Notes under the pieces: generated by a model
Databases searched by the model: none
What the model saw: the letters and a program-made list of their open reading frames with translations, nothing else
Told to the model about the DNA's origin: nothing
In this document: piece by piece, positions 1-8,872 of the stretch
Numbering within the stretch: position 1 is the first letter of the stretch
How the letters are laid out: every line of letters begins with the position of its first letter
Position numbers and translations under genes: made by a program
Virus record (IMG/VR): IMGVR_UViG_3300032257_000479
Span: 96,001 to 160,000 of that record
From: a virus
Length of the DNA stretch: 64,000 nt
Reading direction: 5' to 3' (one strand)

Positions 1-1894
1 GGTTTATCATTTTTTTAACATTAGTTGATGCAATCCTGCTATCATTGATATCTGGTTGCGTGTTATTTATCGGCACATTTGGTTGATTAACAGGTTGCTG
101 CATATCAGGAGCAGGTTGCTGCATATTATTATCTACAATATTTGGCAACTTAGGGGCCGGAACATTCTGTCCGATATCCATGTTCATTGCTCCCTCAAGA
201 GCCTTCATTGCTGCTGTTGCAGTTCTCTCTCCAATCTCGAACGCCGCTGTATCTCCGCCGTATCTATTTTTGGCATATTCAAATGCCAAATGGATATCAG
301 CAAAACCCTTACTATTGTTTTTCTTAGGGTTACTCTTTCTTCCTTGAGACTTCAGTTTTGATTCTTGATATTCATCAACAAGAACAAGCCATTCTGTTCC
401 TCTGTTTACTACAGGGATTGTTGATTGATCATCTGGGTTTACCATTGTTTCTGGGGTTGCAAATCCTGGTCTAGTTGTGGTTTGACCGGCTCCCATGTTT
501 TCTGTATTTGAAAATTTTGGACCAATAGTAATAGTATGGTATCCGCCAAGTTCAACTTGACCATGACCTCTCATTCTATCTATGTCGCCTCTAAGCATTC
601 TTAATGCAGCAATACTTGTTGGATTTGAATATGGGTCATTCTGGTCTCCCATTATTGCTTTTTTGGCTTTATTGCTTATTGACCATCTACCCATGTTTCC
701 TGAACCTGCTTTTTGATCTTTCTGCTCTTCTCTCATTTTTGGAGCTGCAACGCCTTGAGTTCCTCTTAGCATACTAGGGTTTATTATTTGTTCAACAATA
801 GCTTTTGATAATGGGGCCTCGTCTCCAGATTTTCTATTTTTCGCGAAAAAAGTTCCATCATCTGCAAGCATAAACTGCCAAAGAGTATTATCTTTTCTTG
901 CATCAAGAATGCTCTGGTTTTGATTTTCAATATGATTAATAATATCAGGGTTTTTCTCTTTGCCAGTATTTCTTATCTGTCTAGCATTTTGAACCCTTGA
1001 CCCTTGAGGGCCATCCGGTAATATAATATTAGTCGAGTTTGGCCTAAGACCGCCTCGACCGCCTGATATCCCTATTCCATGACCAACAAAAAACTTCTCC
1101 ATATTAGTGCCTGATTGATGACCAAGAAAGCTCATTAAGCCATCATCTCTCTTATAGAAATTGTTATAATTATTTACCTTTGATTGAGAATCAGTGTCAC
1201 CTTCTTCGGCTTCGCTTTGAGAATCAATATTCTCAAGCTGTCCTTTGCCGCCGCCAGATTCAGAATTGGTATCGATAAACAGACCAAACCCGCCAGACTG
1301 AGTTGGCGAAATAACAACAGGGCCAAATCCGATTGTCTTTGTTCTTGCCAATTCAGGATTTGTGATCGTACTAACTTTTGCGCTCTGACTAGCTCCAACA
1401 TCTTGTATATCTTCTCCAAACTGATCCTTCCAAGCATAAGCATGAAAACTTAACCAAAAATCAGTTCCTATTTGTTTGTCATCTTCTTTGTCATTAGATG
1501 TCAAAACAATATTGTTCTTTTTAGCAAAATCCAATGTCTTCTGCTGTTCAGGAGAAAGCTCTGATCCGTCAGGTAAATCATCCCCAATGAAGTTTGGAGC
1601 AAATGCGGTAAATATCATTCCCTTGAACGCTGTCAAAGTTTGATCTGTTGCTTTGTTTTTTGCGAACTGAGAAAAACTGTCTTTAAAAGTAGATCTTTGG
1701 TTAGATATCTGCGCAACCATATCTGATGGCAACTTAGAATTAGCAAAACTTCCATCTTGATACATTTGCCACTGAAGACCTCTTTCGGAAAGCTGTCCAC
1801 CCATCCCTGACCACATACCCATATCTGCTTGTTTGGCTAGGCCTGCCTGCTTTACAAGGTTTCTGTATAATGATTTTAAATTCTTATTATTCAT
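1..1894 (-). CDS. Large hypothetical head-region protein, 3' end runs off the window (>=631 aa; absent from the ORF track)
   Basis: Hand translation from ATG 1894 (MNNKNLKSLYRNLVKQAGLAKQADMG...), 3 nt after the stop of the upstream gene. Frame is open to position 1 in the stretches read. Q/P/N-rich distal end and KQA motifs like its neighbours. Confidence 0.85.
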   Translation of the reverse strand, partial: MNNKNLKSLYRNLVKQAGLAKQADMGMWSGMGGQLSERGLQWQMYQDGSFANSKLPSDMVAQISNQRSTFKDSFSQFAKNKATDQTLTAFKGMIFTAFAPNFIGDDLPDGSELSPEQQKTLDFAKKNNIVLTSNDKEDDKQIGTDFWLSFHAYAWKDQFGEDIQDVGASQSAKVSTITNPELARTKTIGFGPVVISPTQSGGFGLFIDTNSESGGGKGQLENIDSQSEAEEGDTDSQSKVNNYNNFYKRDDGLMSFLGHQSGTNMEKFFVGHGIGISGGRGGLRPNSTNIILPDGPQGSRVQNARQIRNTGKEKNPDIINHIENQNQSILDARKDNTLWQFMLADDGTFFAKNRKSGDEAPLSKAIVEQIINPSMLRGTQGVAAPKMREEQKDQKAGSGNMGRWSISNKAKKAIMGDQNDPYSNPTSIAALRMLRGDIDRMRGHGQVELGGYHTITIGPKFSNTENMGAGQTTTRPGFATPETMVNPDDQSTIPVVNRGTEWLVLVDEYQESKLKSQGRKSNPKKNNSKGFADIHLAFEYAKNRYGGDTAAFEIGERTATAAMKALEGAMNMDIGQNVPAPKLPNIVDNNMQQPAPDMQQPVNQPNVPINNTQPDINDSRIASTNVKKMIN

Positions 1895-1897
1895 CAA

Positions 1898-2341
1898 TTA
1901 CCCCTTAACGTGTCTCGGAATATCAACTGTCGCTAAATCATCAACAGTGTAATTTTGTAAGTCTCTTTTCATGGGAACTCCCCACTTCTCTGTAGCATAA
2001 GCATGAGCAGCTTTCATCGTCTTGAAGTACTCTCCATAAGGAGAATATGTCTTGCCTTCCCTTTCGCTTGGGGGAGGAAGTCTCTTAATACCTGCAAAAA
2101 ATCTTTTTCCCATACTTTTATGTATGGATGGCCCAAGAACAATATAATAATCTGAGTTCGTTGTATGGTCATGTCCCTCGTATCTTAAATATGAGCCTGT
2201 ACCTATCACCTTATCAAATTTCTCTTTCATATTTAGAGTTTTATCTTCATAAGACTCTTCCCAGCGTATGCCTCTGTCTTTAATTTTCTTCCTACCACCA
2301 GTATGTTCTGATTCTTTTTGTAGATTAAAGACTTCTTGCAT
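1898..2341 (-). CDS. Hypothetical head-cluster protein
   Basis: 147 aa, start overlaps the portal stop, N-terminal FNLQKES motif. Confidence 0.8.
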   Translation of the reverse strand: MQEVFNLQKESEHTGGRKKIKDRGIRWEESYEDKTLNMKEKFDKVIGTGSYLRYEGHDHTTNSDYYIVLGPSIHKSMGKRFFAGIKRLPPPSEREGKTYSPYGEYFKTMKAAHAYATEKWGVPMKRDLQNYTVDDLATVDIPRHVKG

Positions 2342-4605
2342 TATTCACCCTCAGCTATTGGACTGCTTTTTAATACACTACATTTAAACAGGTCCGTATG
2401 AACACTTGATGTTTTGTACTTATTTATAGTTGTTGCTGATTTTGAGTTCGTTTTCCTTCTTTGTTCCAGAGCCATCTGTATGTTCTCTGCTAACAAATTT
2501 TCAACTCCTGCAACATTCTCGTTCAAAGCGGTCTCTGATACCCTTATTACAGTCCAACCCATTTGAGCTAAATTCTTATCTCTATTTTGGTCGCCTGCAA
2601 CATCATCCTCTGATGAATGCCATTTCTCTCCATCAGCTTCAATGTTCAGTCCCAACTCAGGAAAAGCGAAATCTAACAAATAAGGCTGTTGTTGACCAGG
2701 GACCTGGTATTTATATTGAGCATAAATTTGATAAGGCAACCCCATGCCAGATAAGATTCTATAAACCTTAGCTTCAGGCTTTGTTAACTGAACCGATTGA
2801 GTTTTCATTGCTTCCTGAGCAGCCTCTTCTGCTTCTTTGGATGCTTTGTCATTACCTTTGCCTCTCTTAGTTACCCTCTGTGGATCAGCTCCTGCCGCTG
2901 CTGGCATTCCGCCAGGCATCGGTGCTCCGCCAGGCATTGGCGCTCCGCCTGCCATAGGATCGGCTCCCGGCATCCCTCCTGCCGCTGGATCTCCAGGCAT
3001 GCCTCCACCCATTGGTGCTCCGCCTGCCATAGGGTCAGCTCCTGGAGGTCCTCCTGCGGCTCCTCCTGGTGCTCCGCCTGCTACTGCTCCATTTGCCATT
3101 GTTTGAACTTGCTCTTCTCTAATTCTTTCTACCTCTTGATCATAATCAAGATCGAATAATTCAAGTAGCGTTTGAGTTGATATAGTTCCATTCTGATGAA
3201 GGTTCATTGCCATTTGCATTTTATTAGTAGGGTCTCTAAGTTTTAGATCATCCCATTTCATTTTTGGGTATAAATAAACTGTTTCGCCTGCAATCTCACT
3301 CTCTTCTTCATCTATGAATCCCTGCATTTTCGCAACCGGCAAAAAGATATTCTTTTCAACCCATTGCGAAAGTTCATTTCTCCATGATTCAAGACGACGA
3401 ATAAGCATTTCAACACCAACCTGAGCTGATGAATAACCACTCATCTCTCCGTTCAAAAGAGCTTGGTTAAGCATAAGCCCATCAAGTATTTCTTTTCCGA
3501 TTTGCTCTACTTCATTTGTTATGTTATGAATTTTACCTGTTGCTCCATACCATTCATATTCAAATGCATGGTGAGTAACAATTGTTAAGTTGGGATCATT
3601 CGCAACTGCACCCAATTGCTGTACAACATCAGCAATATCGTCCTCATTCGCTGGACGATTGGGTTCTCCAACTTTTACAACTCTAACAGGAAGTATAAGC
3701 CTTTCAGCGGTTATCCAGTTTGCTGTCATAAGTTTTGTCTTGTATGCCAAAACGGTAAACAGTCTTCTAAGAAGAGAGTCCCCGTAGGTTCCATATGGCG
3801 AACCGCCGTGCTTTATGTGACTTGTAACATTATTGGATAAACGAATAGGCCTTCCTGCTGCTACAAGTTTCTTTATGTTTTCTGGCAATCTTTTGTAAAC
3901 AGATTCCGGTTGTTTGGTCATAACAATTTTTTTCAACTCATCGTCAGGTAACATGACAATCTCAGGTTCGTCTGCTAACGGAGTTGTATATACTTCAACC
4001 CAATCTGGATTTAAGACCATCACTCTTTTAAATGTCCCATCAGCATGAGTGGGAGCTTCGCCTGGACCTAAATCTGTTTCGCCTCTTGTGTCAGGAGAAT
4101 CTATTTCCATAAATACGAAAACGTCTCCTAGCAGAAAGCGCTCATGACTAATAAGTCTGAGCCACTTAAACAGTTCAAGATTATCCGCCAATCTTTCATA
4201 GAATCTTGTAATATTCTTCTTTTTGCATTCCAGTTTAAATCCGTTTATCGGAAACTGTGAATAGAAATCTATACCTGCCGCAACCTTTGGCTCATTTTCG
4301 TAGTAAAATCGAGACCACTGATAAACCTCCCTTCTCTTACTAGCTATTTGCCAGTTCTGAGGAGTATGCAGCGGGGAAAAGAACATTGGCTGAGTCATCG
4401 TAACCGAAGCTCCACCACCAATAGCTTGAGCTGCTCTGGTTAAAGGAACAGATACAACATCTCCGTTACTATATGGCGCTGCAGCTCCATTTGAATTTAC
4501 TATTTTTGCGGCAGGCTTTACAACTGTTTGACCTTTCGCTGCTGCTTGAATCGCTTTAGTCTTCTTTGTTGGCATCTGCATTTTTATTGGCTTATTTTTT
4601 GCCAT
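2341..4605 (-). CDS. Portal protein fused via a G/A/P/M-rich linker to a C-terminal DUF559/Vsr-like PD-(D/E)XK nuclease domain
   Basis: Portal-like core (YYENEPKVAAGIDFY, GDVF, VLNPDWV, SPYGTYG, S.QTLLELFDLDYDQE.ERI.EE). C-terminal TKPEAKV...YLLDFAFPELGLNIEADGEKWH...DQNRDKNLAQMGWTVIRV is the DUF559 pattern. Same operon as TerL. Confidence 0.8.
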   Translation of the reverse strand: MAKNKPIKMQMPTKKTKAIQAAAKGQTVVKPAAKIVNSNGAAAPYSNGDVVSVPLTRAAQAIGGGASVTMTQPMFFSPLHTPQNWQIASKRREVYQWSRFYYENEPKVAAGIDFYSQFPINGFKLECKKKNITRFYERLADNLELFKWLRLISHERFLLGDVFVFMEIDSPDTRGETDLGPGEAPTHADGTFKRVMVLNPDWVEVYTTPLADEPEIVMLPDDELKKIVMTKQPESVYKRLPENIKKLVAAGRPIRLSNNVTSHIKHGGSPYGTYGDSLLRRLFTVLAYKTKLMTANWITAERLILPVRVVKVGEPNRPANEDDIADVVQQLGAVANDPNLTIVTHHAFEYEWYGATGKIHNITNEVEQIGKEILDGLMLNQALLNGEMSGYSSAQVGVEMLIRRLESWRNELSQWVEKNIFLPVAKMQGFIDEEESEIAGETVYLYPKMKWDDLKLRDPTNKMQMAMNLHQNGTISTQTLLELFDLDYDQEVERIREEQVQTMANGAVAGGAPGGAAGGPPGADPMAGGAPMGGGMPGDPAAGGMPGADPMAGGAPMPGGAPMPGGMPAAAGADPQRVTKRGKGNDKASKEAEEAAQEAMKTQSVQLTKPEAKVYRILSGMGLPYQIYAQYKYQVPGQQQPYLLDFAFPELGLNIEADGEKWHSSEDDVAGDQNRDKNLAQMGWTVIRVSETALNENVAGVENLLAENIQMALEQRRKTNSKSATTINKYKTSSVHTDLFKCSVLKSSPIAEGE
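2890..3100 (-). repeat. Low-complexity GADPMAGGAPM / GGMP repeat linker inside the portal gene
   Basis: GC-rich imperfect repeats (gctccgcctgccatagg twice, gctccgcc several times) in an AT-rich genome. Confidence 0.85.
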
Positions 4606-4620
4606 AATTGTTTATTCCTT

Positions 4621-4968
4621 TTATAGACCTAAATCATCTCCAGATTCCCGTATCTGTTGTAGTTGATTGTTATCTATTGAATCGACATTTTCGTCTGATA
4701 GTTCTTCGTGCAATGGGAATTTTTTAGTTCTTCTATTGAAGCTTTCAGGTATATCCATTTTCACTAATTTGTTATTAGTTGGCATATTTTGAGATGCTCT
4801 CCCCATTGGAGCAACAGAAACAAGCGGATTACCTTGTTTCCCCTTCTGAACAGGCGACTTATCTACCATTTGAGTGTTTCCGCCAAGCGAAGCTCCACAA
4901 CCTTGAGGGTTACAATGAGTTGCATTGGGGCTATTTGTTTTTCCGCATACAGGGCAAGTTTTCTTCAT
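4621..4968 (-). CDS. Zinc-ribbon protein, probably the -1 frameshift extension of 5094..6617
   Basis: CPVC...HC...GC motif. The frame stays open upstream to about 5110 and there is no SD before ATG 4968. Confidence 0.7.
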   Translation of the reverse strand: MKKTCPVCGKTNSPNATHCNPQGCGASLGGNTQMVDKSPVQKGKQGNPLVSVAPMGRASQNMPTNNKLVKMDIPESFNRRTKKFPLHEELSDENVDSIDNNQLQQIRESGDDLGL

Positions 4969-5093
4969 AGAAGGGGCCAGCGCCTTATTTGCCTCTCCAC
5001 CTGTTTGTCCTGGTTCACGCAGAAAAAGCGGCTCAATAGCGAATGGATCGCTTTTTGGCCGCCCGACTGTTCCTGGAGCTATATCAGCTACTT

Positions 5094-6617
5094 TTATATT
5101 TTTTTTTTTGAATCAGAAGATGCTGCAACATCCACATCTAAAGCTGTTTGTGATTGACCATTAAGTCCAATCATGTCTTCTTCGAATGGGCTCATTTCAT
5201 CTACAGCCATATCATATGTCAACAATAAAAGTGGTTGGCCATATTTTTTTGACATGTTTTCAGCTATTTGAACTGCCTCATTCTTATCTTTTGCATCTAT
5301 CTTTTGCAGTTCTTTCCCTGAATTAAGATCCTGAACAACATAAATTATTTTAGGTTCAATATCATCTGATAATTGAGCTGTCTTTATTTGTTTTTTTGCT
5401 TTCGCCTCTTTCGCCCAATTAAAGGGTTCAGAAGTATCATTGAACTCTTTGAGCTTATCGGTATTGTTTGCTCTCATGTGTTGCATGCGCGCTTCTGTTG
5501 ATCTAAACTCTGGCAAGTAATTGCGACGACGTTCGCCTGGCTTCAATTGATAGTTGTTGGTTGGAGGCATCCATTTGTCTACCTCAAATCTCTTCTCAAT
5601 ATATCCGCCAACATATTCTCCGTCTGAGTTTCTGTATGGACGGCTATATTTGTCCATAACATTTCCTCTCCAGACAGCTTCGTAATCGATGAATAAGGAA
5701 TCATCCATCTTGATTCCCCAACCCTTGTTTCTTTCATAGATATGCCAGTCATTAATTAATTGACCAGTAAATGCGTCTACCCTATTCCCTTCAGGTCCAT
5801 GCATAATAACATTTTCCATGCCTTTGTGCTGAGCTTCTTTCTTTAGGTTAAAAGGCTTGCTAGATGCTTGCTTAGTCTTATTGTATTGAGCAAGACTTTT
5901 TGCTAATCTACGAAGAACCTCGTTTGATTCTGCAACAACATGTTCAACTCCAGTAATCATAGCTTCTCCTTTATCGCTTTGAGGCATAACTTCAAACATT
6001 TTCATAGCTAGCTCTGTTCTTTTTTGCTTATCGTCAATTCTCATCGCATCAAGGTACTCTTGAATGGAATCTTTAATTACCTGCTTTGGGTTTGGTCCAA
6101 CAACTCCATCGTCGCTTATGGTTGGATCATTGTCAACCATTTCTGTAAGCTCCATTATTGTTGAATCTATATTCTCTGAATCTAGTAAATTCTCTTCAAG
6201 ATAATTAAACAAATCAAATCCTGATTCAAAGTTCTGAGATTGCTGCTCTGCCATTGGGTCTACCATTGGGTCAGACATCGGTGCTGCAGGCGGCATCGGT
6301 TCTGCCATTGGGTCTTGCCCCATTGGATCAATCCCCATTTGGGCTTCTTTTAGTAAATTAAAATAAGGAACAGTAGAGGCTGCAGGCATAAGAGAGTTAG
6401 CCTCTTCTGTTGCGTCATGTATTGCATCATTAACATTAAACAATGCTCCCATTTGTTCTTTTCCTAATTGCATTTGAGCAAGCATTCTTGCTCTAAACTC
6501 CTCTTGTTCATGAGGAGTCATGCCCTCTGGCATTTGCCCCATAGAATTATCTACAATGCTATCTAAAGCATCTTCATTTTGTTGCAAATAATTTGTGGCA
6601 TTTGGAGGTAAGGACAT
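5094..6617 (-). CDS. Putative head/internal protein with repeated FNL-x-KEAQ / KTAQ motifs
   Basis: 507 aa. DPM-rich low-complexity segment, conserved-looking W/Y-rich core, stop directly after an A11 run. Confidence 0.8.
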   Translation of the reverse strand: MSLPPNATNYLQQNEDALDSIVDNSMGQMPEGMTPHEQEEFRARMLAQMQLGKEQMGALFNVNDAIHDATEEANSLMPAASTVPYFNLLKEAQMGIDPMGQDPMAEPMPPAAPMSDPMVDPMAEQQSQNFESGFDLFNYLEENLLDSENIDSTIMELTEMVDNDPTISDDGVVGPNPKQVIKDSIQEYLDAMRIDDKQKRTELAMKMFEVMPQSDKGEAMITGVEHVVAESNEVLRRLAKSLAQYNKTKQASSKPFNLKKEAQHKGMENVIMHGPEGNRVDAFTGQLINDWHIYERNKGWGIKMDDSLFIDYEAVWRGNVMDKYSRPYRNSDGEYVGGYIEKRFEVDKWMPPTNNYQLKPGERRRNYLPEFRSTEARMQHMRANNTDKLKEFNDTSEPFNWAKEAKAKKQIKTAQLSDDIEPKIIYVVQDLNSGKELQKIDAKDKNEAVQIAENMSKKYGQPLLLLTYDMAVDEMSPFEEDMIGLNGQSQTALDVDVAASSDSKKKI

Positions 6618-7390
6618 TATTTTTCCTGCTGACCATTGAGAACATCGAACAATCTATCTGTTGCGTTCTGGTTTCTGTTTTTATATTCTGAATTCAATGC
6701 CGAATCAGATAAGCGATCAATCATGTCGCTTTGCTTATCCTGAACAGTTTCAGCTTTTTTTGCATGTCTCCATGAATCATCTTTGCTTGCAACTCTTCTT
6801 TCAATATTTTCGCCAACGCTATCTTCTATTCTTTCAAAATCAGAATTATCAAACATGCTAATTGCGTTTTGAGGTGTCCATTGACGACGATTGGCCTCTA
6901 TCGATCTTGACTCTAATTCCAAAGAACTCTTTCTGTCCATGAATTCAGATTCTGTTTCCCCAACGTGCATTTGTGATTCAGTCTTCCATTCTTGAGACTT
7001 TTGATCTCTAAGATCATTTGCTGTTTTCTTTTCAGCTATTGTTTGCTCTTTATTTGACTGACTCTCCGCCAATCTAGACAAAACTTCTGAATCAAAAATA
7101 CTATTCTTTCCAGCTACTCCAAAACCATTTTCGGAACCACCCTCGTTGGTTATTCCTTCTGTGGAGCATCTAGCAGATCGAATGCTATTTCCTTTTCTTC
7201 CCAAATCTACAACATCAGGAGTGTTGTGAGAAAGAGTTGGAGCTTTTGAAGCCTCAACCCAAGACCTATCTTTTTCTTTTACCACTGGTTGTTTCATTTC
7301 AGGCTGCCTGTCTTTTAAAGGCTCTTGCTTACTAGCAATAACATCAAAAACGCTTAGCGTATTCTCATTTGAGATTTTTTGAATTTTCAT
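6617..7390 (-). CDS. Hypothetical head-cluster protein
   Basis: 257 aa, hydrophilic, start/stop overlaps with both neighbours. Confidence 0.8.
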   Translation of the reverse strand: MKIQKISNENTLSVFDVIASKQEPLKDRQPEMKQPVVKEKDRSWVEASKAPTLSHNTPDVVDLGRKGNSIRSARCSTEGITNEGGSENGFGVAGKNSIFDSEVLSRLAESQSNKEQTIAEKKTANDLRDQKSQEWKTESQMHVGETESEFMDRKSSLELESRSIEANRRQWTPQNAISMFDNSDFERIEDSVGENIERRVASKDDSWRHAKKAETVQDKQSDMIDRLSDSALNSEYKNRNQNATDRLFDVLNGQQEK

Positions 7391-8106
7391 TTTGTCTCCC
7401 TTTGTTTTGCGAATTGTTCGAGTAAAGATTCCAACAATAAGCTTCTGCCTGATTCCTTAATAAAAGAATGTTGGCTCGCTGCAGCTATCTGCTGTCCGCC
7501 CATATCTGACTCATCTAGCATGTCAGCATAATCTCCTTCGATTTGCTGAGCGTTTGGATCTTCTGTTTGAGTTTCAAATTCAAGCTTCCAATAATCAATA
7601 ACTTTCTTGCCGCTCTTACCAGTATTTTGGTGAGGCTTAAGCGAAGTAAGAGTAAATCCATTTTTTGCAATAATCGGAGCAAAGACAGATTTTACTTGAG
7701 TTATAGGAACATTATCTTTAGCTGGAACAAGAAATTCTCCTGCCAGAATGTCTTCTGCAGGATTTTTATAACCTATACTTAAAGCTCTCTTTGCAACAAG
7801 TCTTGCTCTCTCTGGATCTACATCGACTTGTGCCAATGCGTCAATAAGCTCATTTCTCATAGCACCTATTTCACTATCATCCAAAGGGCCTTGATCGTTC
7901 ATTCCAGACATGTCTGGAACTTCAACATTTTCAGCCGGAGCATTCAGATTGTTCTGCAATTGCTCAAAATTGGATGCAGGACCACTAGATGCAGGATCGG
8001 TTGATGCAACTTCTTGCGAAACCTCACTTCCATCTAATCCTGTATTTTGATACATCAAACTTTGAGCCGTAGCTCTCCGTTTTCCGCTAGGTATAATAGA
8101 CATCAA
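7387..8106 (-). CDS. Hypothetical head-cluster protein
   Basis: 239 aa with a GGAGG SD upstream. Confidence 0.8.
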   Translation of the reverse strand: MMSIIPSGKRRATAQSLMYQNTGLDGSEVSQEVASTDPASSGPASNFEQLQNNLNAPAENVEVPDMSGMNDQGPLDDSEIGAMRNELIDALAQVDVDPERARLVAKRALSIGYKNPAEDILAGEFLVPAKDNVPITQVKSVFAPIIAKNGFTLTSLKPHQNTGKSGKKVIDYWKLEFETQTEDPNAQQIEGDYADMLDESDMGGQQIAAASQHSFIKESGRSLLLESLLEQFAKQRETK

Positions 8107-8128
8107 TTAACCTCCAAGATTGTTATAA

Positions 8129-8872
8129 TTATTTATCCTGAGTAAGAGCATCTGCATAGCTCTCTGGGTGATAACGATGGAAGTATTCTTTTAATCTCTT
8201 CTTCTCTTGTGGCTTAAGGTTTGCAATTTTCTGAAGATTTGCCTTGCTGCTTGCGCTGCATTCCTTGTCTTCTTCGCATTCTTCTGAATCATCATCAGAA
8301 TCTTCGCTTGCTTCTTTGACTTCAGATTCAGTTGAAGCTGCTGCAACATCTGCTCCGCCTTCTTCTTGAGCTTCTTGCTTAGGCTCAAACCCATCAGGGA
8401 ACTTACCTGTGCTTACGCCGTCCTGATCATCGCCATCGCCTGCGTCTGAAGCGACTTTTACTTCGTCTTCAGTGTTGCATTCCACGGTTTTGTTCTCGCC
8501 ATCTTCTTCAGCTTCGCCGTTCTGATCTTTAGGAGATCCTTCTCCATGATGAACATCTGTTCTTACGCAGTCTTCATCAGAATCGTCGCATTCAGCAACA
8601 ACAATTTTATCTTCCGAAGAAGCTTCTTTGTCGTCTATGCAGCAATCTTCATCTTCTGTATGATCACAGTCTTTGTCATCGCTGCCCTTGTCTTTGCCTT
8701 TAATCTTATCTTTGATAAAATCAGGAAGTTTTTCCTGGGCAGGAGAAAGACCTTCTTCAGCAGTCTTAACGGATGCCGTCTTTACTTGCTGATTGCTTCC
8801 TGCGACCTTTTCGATCAGGTCTTGAAAGCTACCGTTGTTGCTTGTTGCAATCTTATTTGTGAAAAATTTCAT
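8129..8872 (-). CDS. Highly acidic scaffold/core-like protein
   Basis: D/E-rich and disordered with about 8 K-x-A motifs, GGAGGAG SD, conserved-looking C-terminal helix. Scaffold role is inferred. Confidence 0.65.
   Translation of the reverse strand: MKFFTNKIATSNNGSFQDLIEKVAGSNQQVKTASVKTAEEGLSPAQEKLPDFIKDKIKGKDKGSDDKDCDHTEDEDCCIDDKEASSEDKIVVAECDDSDEDCVRTDVHHGEGSPKDQNGEAEEDGENKTVECNTEDEVKVASDAGDGDDQDGVSTGKFPDGFEPKQEAQEEGGADVAAASTESEVKEASEDSDDDSEECEEDKECSASSKANLQKIANLKPQEKKRLKEYFHRYHPESYADALTQDK

Noticed and set aside
240-2170. Paralogy between the distal domain of 1..1894 (TITIGP...AFEYAKNRYG) and 1898..2341 (YIVLGP...AHAYATEKWG)
   Set aside because: Suggestive but too short to support without a profile alignment.
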